From Eledone cirrhosa (lineage: Eukaryota), in the NCBI GenBank assembly GCA_964016885.1, contig OZ024745.1, positions 51,212,001 through 51,276,000 on the forward strand: DNA of 64,000 nucleotides, written 5' to 3'. The notes beneath the pieces were generated by a model, which ran no database searches, had not been told where the DNA came from, and saw only the letters and a program-made list of their open reading frames with translations. This document shows, in pieces, positions 1 to 14,782 of the stretch (its first letter is position 1; each line of letters begins with the position of its first letter). Position numbers and translations under genes: made by a program.

Positions 1-519
1 GATTAACATCGTTTTCCTAGAAAACATAGCTCCTAGGAGTAACAACAGAAGCACTGCAAAAACAAAACAAAAAAGCAACAACAAAAACCAAAAGGAAAAA
101 CCCTACACCCGTCTACATACTTCAACCTGAAACTACCTAAACCCCGGTCACAGTCCAGTAAAGAGACCCCACTTCTAAACAACTATGGTCGATAGTCCTG
201 ATTATAACACCAGATTTCATAGGGGAACATTTACATAGCTCATGTACTCTGTTTTCTGCAATTTAACTTAATACGCCGCCAAACGAATGCACGTCCTACA
301 AATTAGCTTGGCCATTTAAGATTTTCTACAATAACCGTTATAAAATGTCTCTGTGGATACATACACACACACAGGCACACTCATATGTACATTATATATG
401 TACGCGTATGTGTGTGATTGTGATTGCTATCGCGTGTTTGTGTGCGTGTGTTTGTTTATATAAATGGTTACAAGAAACATTGCGCGTTAATAGGAGCTGA
501 CGTCACAGACAATTGGATG

Positions 520-705
520 TTTCCATGGAGTTGCTGATCCTGCTAGAAATAACACACACATTTCCTGCATTTCCCCAAATTGCGCATTATTTTTTTAAGA
601 GAGATACACTGAATAGAATAGTCTGGAAACATACCCCATGGCTATGGCTGAGACACTTTTCATTATAATTTTAATCATTTGGGTCTAACTTGGGGCTAAA
701 AACAA
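520..705 (-). repeat. Decayed interspersed repeat; related copies at about 12655-12810, 13420-13500 and 13525-13660
   Basis: Shared blocks between copies (ttagcccc..., gatttg/ctgctatttctagcagg). Boundaries approximate. Confidence 0.4.
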
Positions 706-1648
706 ACATACATAAAAGACACGCAATCATTAGAACAAGTTCTGTACTATAAACTTAATATCGATCGCGCAGAGCTGAACCAGGTTGCACAATAACTAAA
801 AGAAATATTTAATAAATTTAGAAATTCTTTTATCAATATCATTTTGCCTGAAAAAATCATATTGAGAACATTCTTAACACAATTTTCCTTTCAGACATAA
901 ATCAATCGAGATATATCGTGCATGCAAATAATTTATTGAAACTAGTTAGATTCTAATAACCTATTTGAACATAGGGACAGCATGTGTAGATTCCGTATTC
1001 ATATAATATATCTTGAGCCAGCCAGCTTGGCGTCACCAGAATTTATTGATGGAAGGACGCTAACACAGTACTCCAAGCTACTAAAGCTCACGCAGTTTTT
1101 GAAAACCTTCTATTAATGTTAAATTGTAACAATCTATTGTACAAATTTACTGCAATTTCGTGGGAATGAGCCAACGAAAGATTCAACTTTTCGACAAAGG
1201 TTTTCCTCTTAGCTATTGCTTCATTAAAATTACTAATTATGTTGTTGTTGAATGTCCTCCTTCACCTCTTCTTCTTCTCCTCCTCCTCCTCCCCTTCATA
1301 ATCATCATCATCATCTTCTTGTTTTTGTTCTTGTTCTTGTTCTTTTTCATCCTCACACGTGCGTTAATATTCTCTTTTGAATCTACCGTGAGTGGTCGTT
1401 GCTTATGTGTTTAGTAAGATTACCGATAAGTGGGTCTTTGGTCTTATGGTGTCTTTTATTTACTATTAATATCACTTCTATTGCCCCCTGAAACAGCTGT
1501 ATAGAAATTTCTGAATTTTACCATCTTTATGTAATTTCTTTTACTTGCTATTCGATTTTCCTTCCGTAATACATCCATGTAATATGTATATATATATATA
1601 TAGCCGTCGAAACGGCTTGAGCTCTGCCGTCGGGGTCATACTTGTTCC

Positions 1649-1729
<81 letters not shown>

Positions 1730-2395
1730 GTGTGTATGTGTGTGTGTATCTGGGTATATGTATGTATGTTTATATATGTGGATGGTAAGAACCGATCTCT
1801 CAAAAACTCTATGTAAGTAAATTCACTTACCCTTAGATCTTCGTACGTCATTGCACCTATATAAATATACAAACACGCATAGTATGTCTAGACAATTTCT
1901 TACCATTACATTATTGTGCTCCTAATGAAATTTTAAAATTGTAGTTCTGACTTTAGGTTCTAAAAGTGACTATTTTTAACACCTTAGTTAACCTGTACAT
2001 TTGTTAGACAAAATGATTAATAATTTTACGAATTAATCAATATTTTAATATTTTAATATTTTAATACATATATAACTCCAACTATTAGGCTAATTTACTT
2101 AGTCAAAATACGGCGGAAGCTCTATTTCACTCTAATTTTCAAATTCTCCGGTGTTTATAAACAAAGCTAATTTTCGAAACAGCGCTAAGCCCTGCATCTG
2201 ATATATATGTGAGATTTATGAAATTTATTTAATTATGTCTCATATAAAATAATACAGCCGACTTTCCACAGAATACAATATAGTTAGCACCCCAAACGTA
2301 TAATTGGGAATATATTTAGGTATTTCCTAATGTTTGTTGAGTGAGATGGAAGTTGGTCGGAGTATCGCTATTAGCTTTCTTTGTTAATGTATTAA

Positions 2396-2433
<38 letters not shown>

Positions 2434-2734
2434 CGCACACACACCGACTTACAACCCACCCCATGTACACACCCGTTTCCCTATTACCCGAACATGGAAC
2501 CTCGTTCATCCCACAACTCTCACATTCACATCCACACACACACACACACCCACACGCACACCTACACGCATACACACACGCCACCTTCAGCCCTCCCACG
2601 CTCGGACCCCCCCCCACCACGCCTCACACCCTTTCACTAGTTTTTACTTTTTATTTTTTTACTCTCTACCCTTTTAAATACTTTTTTTTATGTCTCCCCC
2701 CTCACACTCCCCCGGAACTCACTTCCCGCCCACT

Positions 2735-2800
2735 TTTCTCCTGATGAAGGGCTTATACCCGAAACGTCGTCCCCCCCCACTCTCAAGCGTGAAACTAATA
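2735..2800 (+). ncRNA. Minimal hammerhead-like motif in a PLE pLTR remnant (stem I disrupted)
   Basis: CTGATGA(2741)-A-GGG-cttata-CCC-GAAA-CGTC, followed by the tail caagcgtgaaactaat shared with the copies at 42512, 46965 and 50458. Confidence 0.6.
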
Positions 2801-2870
2801 GTAACATTTGTACCTCCCCTTAGCTTCCAGGTTTTTTTGTTCTTTGTTTTCTGTTTACTTTCTCAACTTT

Positions 2871-3636
<766 letters not shown>

Positions 3637-3828
3637 GTGTCTATAATTCCCACTTTTCCTTCTATCATGCTGCTATTTCTAGTAACATGAAATATCAACG
3701 AGTCTATAACTCCCGCTTTTTCTTACGGCCTATTAGTGTGTGGGTCATTTTAACGGCTTGATTTCATACACCGGGAGAAAGCGATACATCTACTTCTACT
3801 TGGATTTATGTCTAGTAGGTTTGGAAAA

Positions 3829-3908
3829 GCTATCTGAAGAGCTGTATCTTTCCATTGGAAATTCTCTGTATTTCCAATCTTTTGATCAACGAAACCGTCG
3901 GTAATGGC
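3829..3908 (+). ncRNA. Type I hammerhead ribozyme with 50-nt stem II domain, in a probable PLE pLTR remnant (~3633-3980)
   Basis: gctat-CTGAAGA-[50 nt with ttggaaat/atttccaa hairpin]-GAAA-CCGTCGG-TA-atggc; stem I gctat/atggc. Confidence 0.75.
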
Positions 3909-4812
3909 ATTAGAAGGGGTAAATATTTAAATCGTATTTTAATTTATTTAAAAGATTGTTTAAAGTTTACTTGTTCCGCTCATATATATATATATATATA
4001 TATATGTAAGTATATATATGCGCCCATAACAACTTCCTTTTCCGTCTCAAAAGTGTCTTCACCCTATTTTTTAAGCTATTTTATAGCATGAGCACAGCAC
4101 TCCTTATACTAACTTTACCCCACCATCTCTTTGTAAAAGGCCGAATCATTGGCTACGTATATATATATATATAATAGTGATTCTCTGATTACTAGTTCGG
4201 CAAAAACAGGGACGTATGTATTTCTCTAATGAAGTCATGAGAGGAAAAGATATTCTCCATGCCTGTCAAAATATTTAGGACAATGATAACTATTGTTTTT
4301 TGCCATAGCATCCTGGTTAGTATTTTAATGAACCGTACATCAAATACGTTGATACAAACTTAATTATGTTTCAAGTGAAATGGTGTTTCCGATCTATTCA
4401 TTCTCGAAATAATTCTAGTTTTTCTTCGACAATTAATGTACATTATATTTGATTTAATTAGTTATTCTACCATGAAGAGATCTGAAATTACGGTGGAGTG
4501 TATGCTATCGCTGATTATGTTAAAAAAACACGCAATAAGTCAAGAATTGTCTTGTATATTTGGTGTTATATTAATTTGTTGTTTCCTCAGTCTACAACAA
4601 TTTCTGACGAGCTCTTTTTATGTTCACTATATTAATGTGTTTACCACAAACGTAACTATAGATTTTTCAATATTTCTAACGATATTTTTCAAATCTGTCA
4701 TTGAAATATAAGCATACAGGTATAACACCACCTTCAATCGATTTAATAGTAATGTAATTTGACTGGTATGTTTGGATGACAAAATACAATATACGTAATA
4801 GGGATAGAACAG

Positions 4813-4860
<48 letters not shown>

Positions 4861-4953
4861 ATAGATAACGAGGAATTAATAATATACTCTGCTCTGCGCG
4901 AGCATCGAGTGCTCAAACAGCATACCGCTTACAGACGCATTTATTGCAACCAT

Positions 4954-4997
<44 letters not shown>

Positions 4998-6336
4998 AAA
5001 AAGCCACAAATAAATAATAGATTAGAAGTATTTGGACCGGATTGGCTAATATACCGTCTCCATGCATGCATATTTTATACACTTAGATCAGTTAGAGAAG
5101 AAAACATTCATCGTTCGTTTTTTGTTTTCAACCGCTTTCGTTTTACATTTGAAAGGGGGTAATAGCTCTGAAATATCATTTTGAAATATACTGGGTAAAA
5201 CATTACTTTATTTTATGTTATTTATTATCCTTTGCCCTTTATAAATTTCTACTGTATTGTACTGTCTTGCTAAAATTTATCAGTAATTTATTATATAAAT
5301 CAGTAATTTATATATATATATAAATATTTATATATATATCAGTAATTTATATATATATGGGCAGACTTTCCCATAGTCGCTATGTAAACTTTTCTTTTTG
5401 AAAGGTATGGTAGACTTACAGCCATAGCAGAAGAGGAATGCACTTGTCGAACAGTATTCCGAGAAAAATAGTTTTGTCATGAATACATCAAAGACTACAT
5501 TCTCTATTCATGTAGAATTGAAACCGTTTCGACTTAAATCGCCATCATAATCTCCGTTCTTTCTCTACTAGTTTAGTTGCACTTACATATGATAGTGCAA
5601 ATTAATTCGAAAGAAGGTGACATTCCCGTCATGTTTATAGAGCTCGGTTATGACAGCAAAATAAATTTTCCTAGAAAGCCACGAGAGACATTAGAGATGG
5701 TGACAAATATATGAAGCAGCATATTCTGTAGAGTGTAAGGTGGCAAAATCAATTAAGAGCAAACTGAGAAAACGTATTTTCCTTTATATATACACACACC
5801 ATAAACATTAACACACACAAACATACATACACAGAAATATTTATTAATGCAAACCCAGGGGCACGTACGCATACATTCACACACGTATATAGATATAATT
5901 TAAAGTAAATGGATCTCCATCGGTTTCAGCGATAAATATCGCTGTCGATCGATAAAAAAAGCTAACCACTCTAGTAGTGATAGAATGAGGTACAGTAGCT
6001 GACTAAGGCTGTAGCTAGGTTCTTCACATTTAATATCCTCAAATAAGTTTTTGCTACGAATAAACGTTTCAGCCATTTGAGCCATGCAAACTTAATCCAG
6101 GCTTACTCCAAGCTGAGGTTAAGGCAAGATCATCGTGACACACGAAGTAAACTTGCTGAAACATTGCATGACATTACATATACATTTTAGTGGATACGTG
6201 TTCCTGCTTTTATCACCATATATGTTTATTCACAAGTCTCAATACATGGCTAAGATAAACGACAGTTATCCCAAATTCTACCTAGTGGGATAGGGTATTT
6301 CCTAACCTGTAATCTGTAATCCATATTTAATTATCA

Positions 6337-6431
<95 letters not shown>

Positions 6432-6464
6432 AATGTGTGTGCGCGCGCGCTCGTGTGTGTGTCT

Positions 6465-7165
6465 GTTCCAATTATAGAGGGATCTCCTTGATAAGCTTCC
6501 CCGGTAAATTTCAAGCTAGCCAACGAACAAATATTCTCAGTGGCAAGTTTTTGAAAAATCATAGGAATACTGCCAACAGGTGTATTCTTGTTTTGTATGT
6601 CTCGAAAAGGCATATAACCGCGTAAATCAGGATCTGTTGTGGAAGATTATGCAGGAGTATGAGATCGATGGACATCTTCTTGTTGCCCTGATGTCTCTGT
6701 ACGAATGTCGTATTATTTGTGTTATTTATTGGTCTTAAATCGAAACCATCCAATGTTGTAGAAATCTGTCAACGGTGAGAACTGCCACCTATCCTGGTCA
6801 TTATTTTTATGAACATGGGTGGATTGGCAGTATCAGTAGAGGGTCGGACGCCATGCTTTGACGCATAGAGTTACGGTAGTTGCCTTTCTGTGTTCAAATC
6901 CCGCCGAGGTTAACTTTGCCTTTCATCCTTACGGGGTCGATAAAATAAAGTACCAGTAATGCACTGGGAAATTGCTGGCCTTGTGCCAAAAGTAGAAAAA
7001 ATTATTTTTATGAACATGATTAACATGCGCAGCCGGATTGGAAGTAGAATCACAAGTTGCGGGTGTATGATCTGTCGGCCGGAATTTGCGGACGACATGG
7101 TATAAGGTAACTTGTCAGAAGATGATCTAAGACATGCACTTGGTAGGTTTAATGTGACCTCATTT
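6465..7165 (+). mobile_element. Decayed RTE-type LINE reverse transcriptase fragment, interrupted by a SINE
   Basis: Translates to [42 protein letters not shown] and FADDM, with stops and frameshifts. Confidence 0.8.
6818..7000 (+). mobile_element. tRNA-derived SINE with Meta-like central domain and 18-bp TSD
   Basis: B-box gttcaaatc; domain gcctttcatccttacggggtcgataaaataaagtaccag; TSD attatttttatgaacatg at 6800-6817 and 7001-7018. Confidence 0.85.
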
Positions 7166-7611
7166 CGCTGATAGATATGCTAAAGTCTCTCCTCTGGACC
7201 GGGTAGAGATTATTAATATTTCGACTTCGAACCACTATTCTGAATAATCCAAATTCTCCTCCACAGTTTATAAGTTTTCACACACCCATCCAGCTCACAT
7301 ATACAAGTCTTCAGTTGCTTCTACACAAAAGCCTAAATCAGAGTAAAATACATTACAACACACAAATACACATACTCATTTACACAACACCCGTGTATGC
7401 GATGCAACACATATGAACGTTCCAGCACACACATAACATACACATACCCCGCAACAAATGTAAATATCCACAGCGTTGAACTCAGACATCCCACAACACA
7501 TAAGATTTAGCATTCTATGTACCGAGAAGTATTGCCTTGTCATACGCTCATTCAGCCCCTCCACACATATAGATTTATATGTATATGTTATCGCTTTCTC
7601 TTAATTTCGCG

Positions 7612-9613
7612 TATATTTATTTGACCGGCCACCTTCCTGGTGGCAAGGTTGTAAAAGAAAAGCAATTGTCATCCATTGAATCGCAAGAATGTTTTGCAAA
7701 TTTTGAAGGTGCCAGCTATCGCAGCCATTTGTAGACTATGAATTGGAGAGCTGGGCTTTTTGTCCGCAAATCCAAGTTCAGTCATACTTTGGTTCAAGCG
7801 GGTTGGTATATTACCCGTAGCTCCAATAATGATGGGTATGAAGCTAAAGGTGTATCTTGGATACTGGATTTGTAAACTCCTCATCAATGGTCCGTAGATG
7901 TCCTCCTTCTTCTGTATTTTTCTGATAACGTTTACATCAAGTGGGCAGCTGATCTCCACAACTGAACACGTTTTCAATGTGTGGTCCCAAACAACAATAT
8001 CAGCCCGGTTGTGCTTTAATTTGGTGGCAGTTTTTATTTTCAGGTTCCACCAGTATTCCTTAGTGCCATCTGTCTCAATATATTCTTCCTCGTTTGTTGT
8101 TCCAGATGGTTCTAGATATCCCATCGTGTCTTATGGGGAGGTAATAGCGAGATGACATTCTTTCGCAGCTGGCAACAATGTGGCTAACATCCTCGATCTT
8201 TGTTTTACATAGCCTACATTTATTGTCAGCTGATGGCCTTCTCCTTTTGTGGAGCAGATATTTGGTAGGGAGTTCTTGTTCCTGTATTGCATAGAGATAT
8301 CCCTCAAAGTGTGATGTCATAAACTTGTCGGAACTCTATGCCAGGCTTTTGAGTGGTTTATCCCCTCTATGGTCTATGTTTTACGTCTCAAGTATCCATG
8401 CACAACTTTTTCTGTAAATTGGTCAATTTTTTCATCTTGTTTGAACATTGAATAGGATCTTCCGATTTCTCTGGGTGAGAGATTTATATCAGGCTTTATT
8501 CCATATCTCTCCTCCAGATCAGTGGCTATTCTAATGATATATTTTTTTTCATGCTCATAAACCTGGGCAAGATGGTTGCCAACCTTTTTCCTCTGTTGAA
8601 GATGTTGTTCAGTGTTACTATCCGGGTCTCATATGATGTTAATATGGACTTTAGACCCGGCCACCTTCCTTGCGTGAGAAGTATAGCCTATCCACATCAC
8701 CATTGATGTTAAAGTTCCCAGTAACACTGAGAAGTTTGCGAGTTCTAACATCCATCTCACTTAGTTCTTGCAATGACCAGTTCAGCAGGCCAAATGTTGG
8801 CGTTAGAATTGGCACAGCATAAGTATTGTGGGCAATGTATTTGTTGTACACTGACAGTTCTGATGACCATATTTTCTTTACTCTTCTGAGGTATTCAGTT
8901 CTGATTCTCTCCTTATTTATGGGTCCATCATATCTGACATTCTCATCCTGTCCAATATATCTGTAGTTGTCACCTGACTGTAGAGGTTGTATTGTCAGGC
9001 CGTTCATCTCTAGATTTCTAGAGGAGGGCACAGCTCTTACACGTTTTACTGCCAAATATGCACACTTGGACTCACCAAATTTCATTTTGATGTCTGTTGA
9101 AAATTGTGTAATGAGGTCCAATTGTTTCTTGATGTCATTGATATTTGGCCCATACAACTTCAGGTCATCAACAAAGAAAAGATGGACCCACTTCTTTGTC
9201 CACCTTGTTTCCTGAGTATGTAAGATAGTGGATTTAGTGCTAGAACGAAGAGTAGCACTGACAAGCTATCACCCTGAAAGATGCCCTTCTGGTAATGTAT
9301 CTTATCAGTCTTAACTTGCTCCTTCTCACCTCTAAGGATCAAATTGTTGTACCAGTTCTTGGTCAGACGTTCAACAACAGCTACCTGTGGCTGTGAGACT
9401 TTGGCTAACTGTAAAGCCTTAACAATCCACCCATGAGGTACACTATCAAATGCTTTTTGATAGTCCAGCCACACCACAGTCATGTTTCTGCGATTCTTTG
9501 TTGTTTTTTCTTGAATCATTTTATTAGTTAGTAGGTTATCTATGCAACCCCACACCTCCCTCTTACCACCAGCTTGCTCAGCTGTTATGATGTTGTTGGT
9601 AGCACAGTGATCA
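7612..9613 (-). mobile_element. 5'-truncated R4/Dong-like non-LTR retrotransposon (RT + CCHC + restriction-like endonuclease), frameshifted
   Basis: WLDYQKAFDSVPH, GIFQGDSLS, YFSRKEGG, CRLC..EDVSHIVASC, RHD and RADIVVWD..VVEISCP..KKEDIY in ORFs 9160-9960, 8651-9157, 8075-8320 and 7669-8124. Confidence 0.9.
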
Positions 9614-9703
9614 TGTATGTATGTATGTATGTATGTATGTATGTATGTATGTATGTATGTATGTATGTATGTATGTATGTATGTGTGTATGTATGTATGT
9701 ATG

Positions 9704-9731
<28 letters not shown>
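9614..9731. repeat. (TATG)n microsatellite
   Basis: Read directly. Confidence 0.95.
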
Positions 9732-9734
<3 letters not shown>

Positions 9735-10118
9735 GGAAAACTCTGATATAACACCTGCAACCCTGATGGTATCCAATGATGTTGACTTGTTCTACTTTTT
9801 GGTAAATATCATCTTGGTTAAGAGAGTGGGACTGGCTTTGTGCAGTGCCTTTGCTCACTATAAAAGATTCACAGCACAGGCATTGCTTTATATCTGGAGA
9901 TCTCTCTGCACTTGTCGTCACATGGTACCATGGTACCATGGGCCCAGCACTATGTGTCAATAATTGTCACAAGTGTAGTGTTTGTACCAGAGTTTTCAAG
10001 TCGCTGGCTGGACTAAAAATTCACACTCGTTCAGCGCATCGGTAGGGATTCTCCTACATGGATATAAAGTAGTGGCCGTACTCGAAAACGAGTTGGCAGC
10101 CACCATTATGTATGTATG
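9732..10118 (+). mobile_element. 3' end of an RTE-type LINE with C-terminal C2H2 finger and short (TATG) tail
   Basis: HKCSVCTRVFKSLAGLKIHTRSAHR* at 9968-10045, short 3' UTR, then tatgtatgtatg. Confidence 0.65.
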
Positions 10119-11023
10119 CCCGCTTATGCGTATGAACAGGTGTTTATGTATGTTTATGTTTTGGCTTGTGTGTGTTAGCTATATGCAATGTATAGACTAT
10201 TAACATTTGTACAAATGTGTGTGTACGAATGTGTGCTTTTGGTGCATGTGCCGACTGCAAGTGAGGTTGTGTTTCAGTGAGGTCTAATACTTGAATTATT
10301 TTTACATCGGATTAAAATTATTCATAACAATTTTTCAGAGGAGTCATCATATCATGCTTCCATCATTCTTGACGTCAGTCTTAGTCGTAATTCTATGGAT
10401 ATTGGCGGTTGTAGGCTGTACTGTTGTAGCTGACACATGATACATTGTTGTATCTCTTGCGACCTTCCACGTCGTTGTCTCCCTTGACTAAACATATGAA
10501 ATAAGCAGTTGTGACATTGTCATTCTTCCTCTGTACCACCTGAGAAACGACTCTACATGCATGTGCTGGTATGTGTTTGCATATGTACGCATACAATATT
10601 GAGTGAGCTTAGCTGTTTGCGATCATGTAACTGAATGTCAAGTCTTTATGCTGGTCATCCCTCTCTTGCATGTATACAAGTTCACACATAGGTAACAATA
10701 TACGCATAATATTCCTCCAAATAATTTCACCATCAGACGAACCATGGCCGTTACATCTTCACATATATACAAACAAACAAACACACACATTCTTGGTTTC
10801 TAGAACCTTAATGTTCATCTCCAATCCATATAAACTTGAACAAACTGACCTCCTCAAATTTTTATCTTTCAAGATGGCTGACTAACATATACATACGCTT
10901 TCTCTCCATTCTCTTTCTATTCTTATACTCACTTATTTTCTTAATCATTCTTCCCTCCCAAACTGACTCCATTATGTCTCACATTCGGAAATTGTTGACT
11001 TGTCTTATATATGTATATTACTT

Positions 11024-11147
11024 ATGATGTTCGTTTGACTATCGAAGAACTGAAAACAGCGATGGAAGACAGGGACATCTGGAGAGGGAGATTGGGGTTG
11101 GTTCGGGCTATTCGCTCGGTCCTATAATGAGGATGATGATGCCGATG
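11024..11147 (+). mobile_element. 3' terminus of an RTE-like LINE with (GAT)n tail
   Basis: DVRLTIEELKTAMEDRDIWRGRLGLVRAIRSVL* followed by gatgatgatg. Confidence 0.7.
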
Positions 11148-11291
11148 ATATATATATATACATGAATACATATATATATATGTAATTACACACACACATA
11201 TACACACACACACAAACACACACACACACACACAAACACACACATACACACAAACACACACACACAAACGCACACACACACACACACGCAC

Positions 11292-11364
<73 letters not shown>

Positions 11365-11489
11365 ATATATATATATATTCATGTGACTTTGGGCCTCTGA
11401 AGACAAAAACTATTAAGGATTAATAACTAACAAAGATGGGAACAGAAGCGACAGATAATGAATATAGAAAGGATAGAAAGCTATGAAAA

Positions 11490-11575
11490 TAATTGTTTCT
11501 ACTTTAGGCACAGGGCCAGCAATTACCCAGTACATTACTGGTACTTTATTTTATCGACCCTGTAAGGATGAAAGC
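11490..11575 (-). mobile_element. Partial Meta-like SINE (3' half)
   Basis: Reverse complement matches ctttcatccttacagggtcgataaaataaagtaccagtaatgtactggg of the copy at 6818. Confidence 0.75.
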
Positions 11576-14500
11576 TATGAAAATAATAAGAATAAGAAAG
11601 GTAGATACAAAAGTAAATAAAACAATTTTAAAGATGACATTGCTTCGTAATAAACGTTTTGACGTGATTATTAATGGTCCCTGAAGAGTATACACCTGTG
11701 AACACTTCTCTAAGAATTATAACTGAAAACCAAATTTGAATATAAATGATGTTTTATATTTAAATATTAATGAACTCATATAGAAGAAACACAGGAATAG
11801 AATTCTGAATAGAAACTATGTGATGGCTTGCTTGACACACTTTTAGGCTTGGGTTATGTTTATTTTTTTATCAACAATATGACCGAGAAAATATAGGATC
11901 TCATAGTTGAAGAATTTCAATCATCTCAGACTATCCAAAGAGTTATTAGTTAAAACTCCATTTATTGCTGTTGAGAAACTATCTGTCAAACTCGGAAGAT
12001 AATTCCGAAAAAGTCGTTCTGAAGATTTTGTAGATTGTTTTCAACTGGTTTAAAGCAAAATATAGGTTTCTCTCTTACTAAACTTCCTCATCGAATAATA
12101 TTTTACTAATTTGGCAAGGCCGAACACGATCAGTTATTTTTTTGTATGGGCTATTGCATTGGAAGGCCATTTATGTGTGGCTCTCATAGTGTTTGTTCAC
12201 ATAAATGTATAAATATAAACGACGTGTGACGTGGACGTGGATGAGAATATTTGAAGAAAATAGAAAACTATGGAGAAGAGAAGAAAACCTATTTATATTA
12301 TACATGTCTTTACTTAACGCGAGCCATTCTAGAATAGCTTATAACCACTAGAGGATTATCGTTTCTATCTAGCTAGATTTGATTTAAGATCGGTTCCATG
12401 AAAACCAGAGGAATTGTCATTTTTAAAACAACTTCTAGTAATAGCCTACTTCTCAAATATATATTTCAATAATTAATATACCTTATACATTAATCTGTGT
12501 TACACTAACTCTTCTTCGTGAGATAGAATTCCATCTCTACAAAGAGATGCATCACAAAATTAATCATTCCAACCATCAATACCGAGTTTACTTATTGTAC
12601 TTACTGACTTTAAATATTCTTATTTAATCGTTTTTGTTTGTTATTGTTTAATGAGATATTAGCCCCGCTTCGACAGGCATATTGAACTGAAAGCATTCCA
12701 GTTATGACAATGCGGTCTTTACTGATATGTTGTAGGTGTAGTTTGTACTTTGTTATAAAATGTATCCTTTCCTTAGATGGTAGGATTTGGTTTATTATAT
12801 ATACAACTGCTTTTAAAAGACCACATACAGACTACCTTCTGTCTAATTGTTTTCTATCGGTGACTCATGAGCCAGTGCAATGCCCATGACATTTTTCTAA
12901 TCCAAACGTTTTCAACAAAGGGAATTCTGCTAAAATTATCAAAGAGCCAGTGCTGCTGGTAAAATGATCAATGGATTACTTCTTCCAACGATGTAAAACA
13001 CGACTGGATTTGAACCCACACAGGAAAGAGACGGAAAAAAAATCTATCAAGAAATCTCATTCTATGTTCTACCAATTCCTTCAGTACAACGCCTTAGAAT
13101 GACACGATATTAATCGAATCCGTGTTGATGAAATATAAAGATAACGTCGCCAGAAATCGAATTTAAAATTTAAAATGCAAAGAGCCGGAATTAGTACAAT
13201 ACATTTCGTGCGACGCTCTAAAGCTTCTGTCAATTCAATGCAATGTGGGCCTTGATCACGCACACCTATGAAGAATGATGCTGACACGATATCGATACAG
13301 TAGAACTAACAGTAGTGGTTGATGGTAGTGCCGGTAAGGTAAAGGACAGACTAAATCGAATCAAGATACGTACCAGATGTGACTCACGAGTTTTATTTTC
13401 AAGCAAGTTTTATCTTGAAAAAATATGGGGTGAGATTTAGAGGAGAATTGTCTGCTGTTTCTAAAAAGTGGAATGATCCTATAGGAGTTCCCTCGTTGTC
13501 TTGATTTCTTGTTGTTGGAATTGTTCTTTAGTCCCAGGCCAATGCTGATCGAGCAGAACTTTGATCAAAATCCTTATTATCCAACTTGTCGTTTTCTAAA
13601 ATCATAGGGTCTGGTTTGCGGAGATATAACGGCTATTTCTTGCGGACCCCACATCCACATTACGGTTGTTGTTTCCTTAGGTCATCAACTTTTCTACGTT
13701 AAGACAAAAGATATTGTTAATTGTTTTACTATAAAATTCCAGCGTCGGTTGGATTGCTAGTAACAAGACACAACACTTTTTTCTGTCTGGAAAAAACAAT
13801 AAAAGAACAATGAAAGGAGACATAGGATAAAGATAAAAAGCTGGAACAACCTTAATACAGTCATTATTTTTCCTCGTGAAAGTCGCTGCTTATGATTTTC
13901 AACCTGCTTTGAAAACAATCAAGAATTTGTAGAGATTTCGTAGTATAACTAATTTTTATTTATTAATCAAGTATTTGGAACAAAGCTATGATAAATACAA
14001 ACGGTTTTGTACTGCAGAACCAGGGAGGATTTTGGCCGATTTGGTATTAAATGTAAGGAAATCAGAACACTATTAAATAACAAGCAACGAAAATTGCGTA
14101 TAAATTGTAATCTCTTTTATTTACACTACAGAGTTAATTATAAGCCTACTCGACCTGAGCCGACGACTTGAAGCTAAACAACAACAAAACCAACATAAAC
14201 AGCAAAAAAAAAAAAAATCAAGTCAAACAAAAAGCAATAAATACAACAACAAAAATTGACGTCCGCCATCAGTTGGGACATCTTCTGCCGCCTCGACAGA
14301 TAGTAACCAATTTCAATTATTAAAAAAATAAATTGAAAATTGAAATCAATTCCCCAAGTAATCATCCAGGCTTTCAAATTTTCTCTGATGTCTTCTTATC
14401 TTTGAAAGTTACTTTATCTCTTCTCTTCTGGCTGTTTTTTCATCACGTTACTTTTTAATAATCTAACGTTCACTATTGCCAATTTCAGCTGATGTCGCGC

Positions 14501-14579
14501 ACATTGATTATGCCATACATTTTTGTTATTCTTATTTTCTTGTTTACATACTTGTTCATGCTATCGATGCTTTTGCTAT

Positions 14580-14765
14580 TGATTGGCGCAATCGTTAGAA
14601 CGACACACTAAATACCTTGCAGTATTTATTTACGTTGTGAGATCAAATTCCGACGAATTCAAATTTGCCTTTTAACCTTCTGTGGTCGATAAAAAAGGTA
14701 ATCCTTTCAATTACTATGGTCGATACTTTTACTTCCATCGAAATTGCTAGTTTTGTGCTTTAATT
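14580..14765 (+). mobile_element. Diverged Meta-like SINE
   Basis: ttgccttttaaccttctgtggtcgataaaaaaggta and aaattgctagttttgtgc resemble the 6818 copy. Confidence 0.6.
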
Positions 14766-14782
14766 GATAACTGTTATTAATG

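Noticed and set aside
9160-9960. 266-aa ORF with HTYI repeats fused to RT
   Set aside because: Chance read-through across an antisense RTE fragment, (CATA)n and the truncated R4-like RT.
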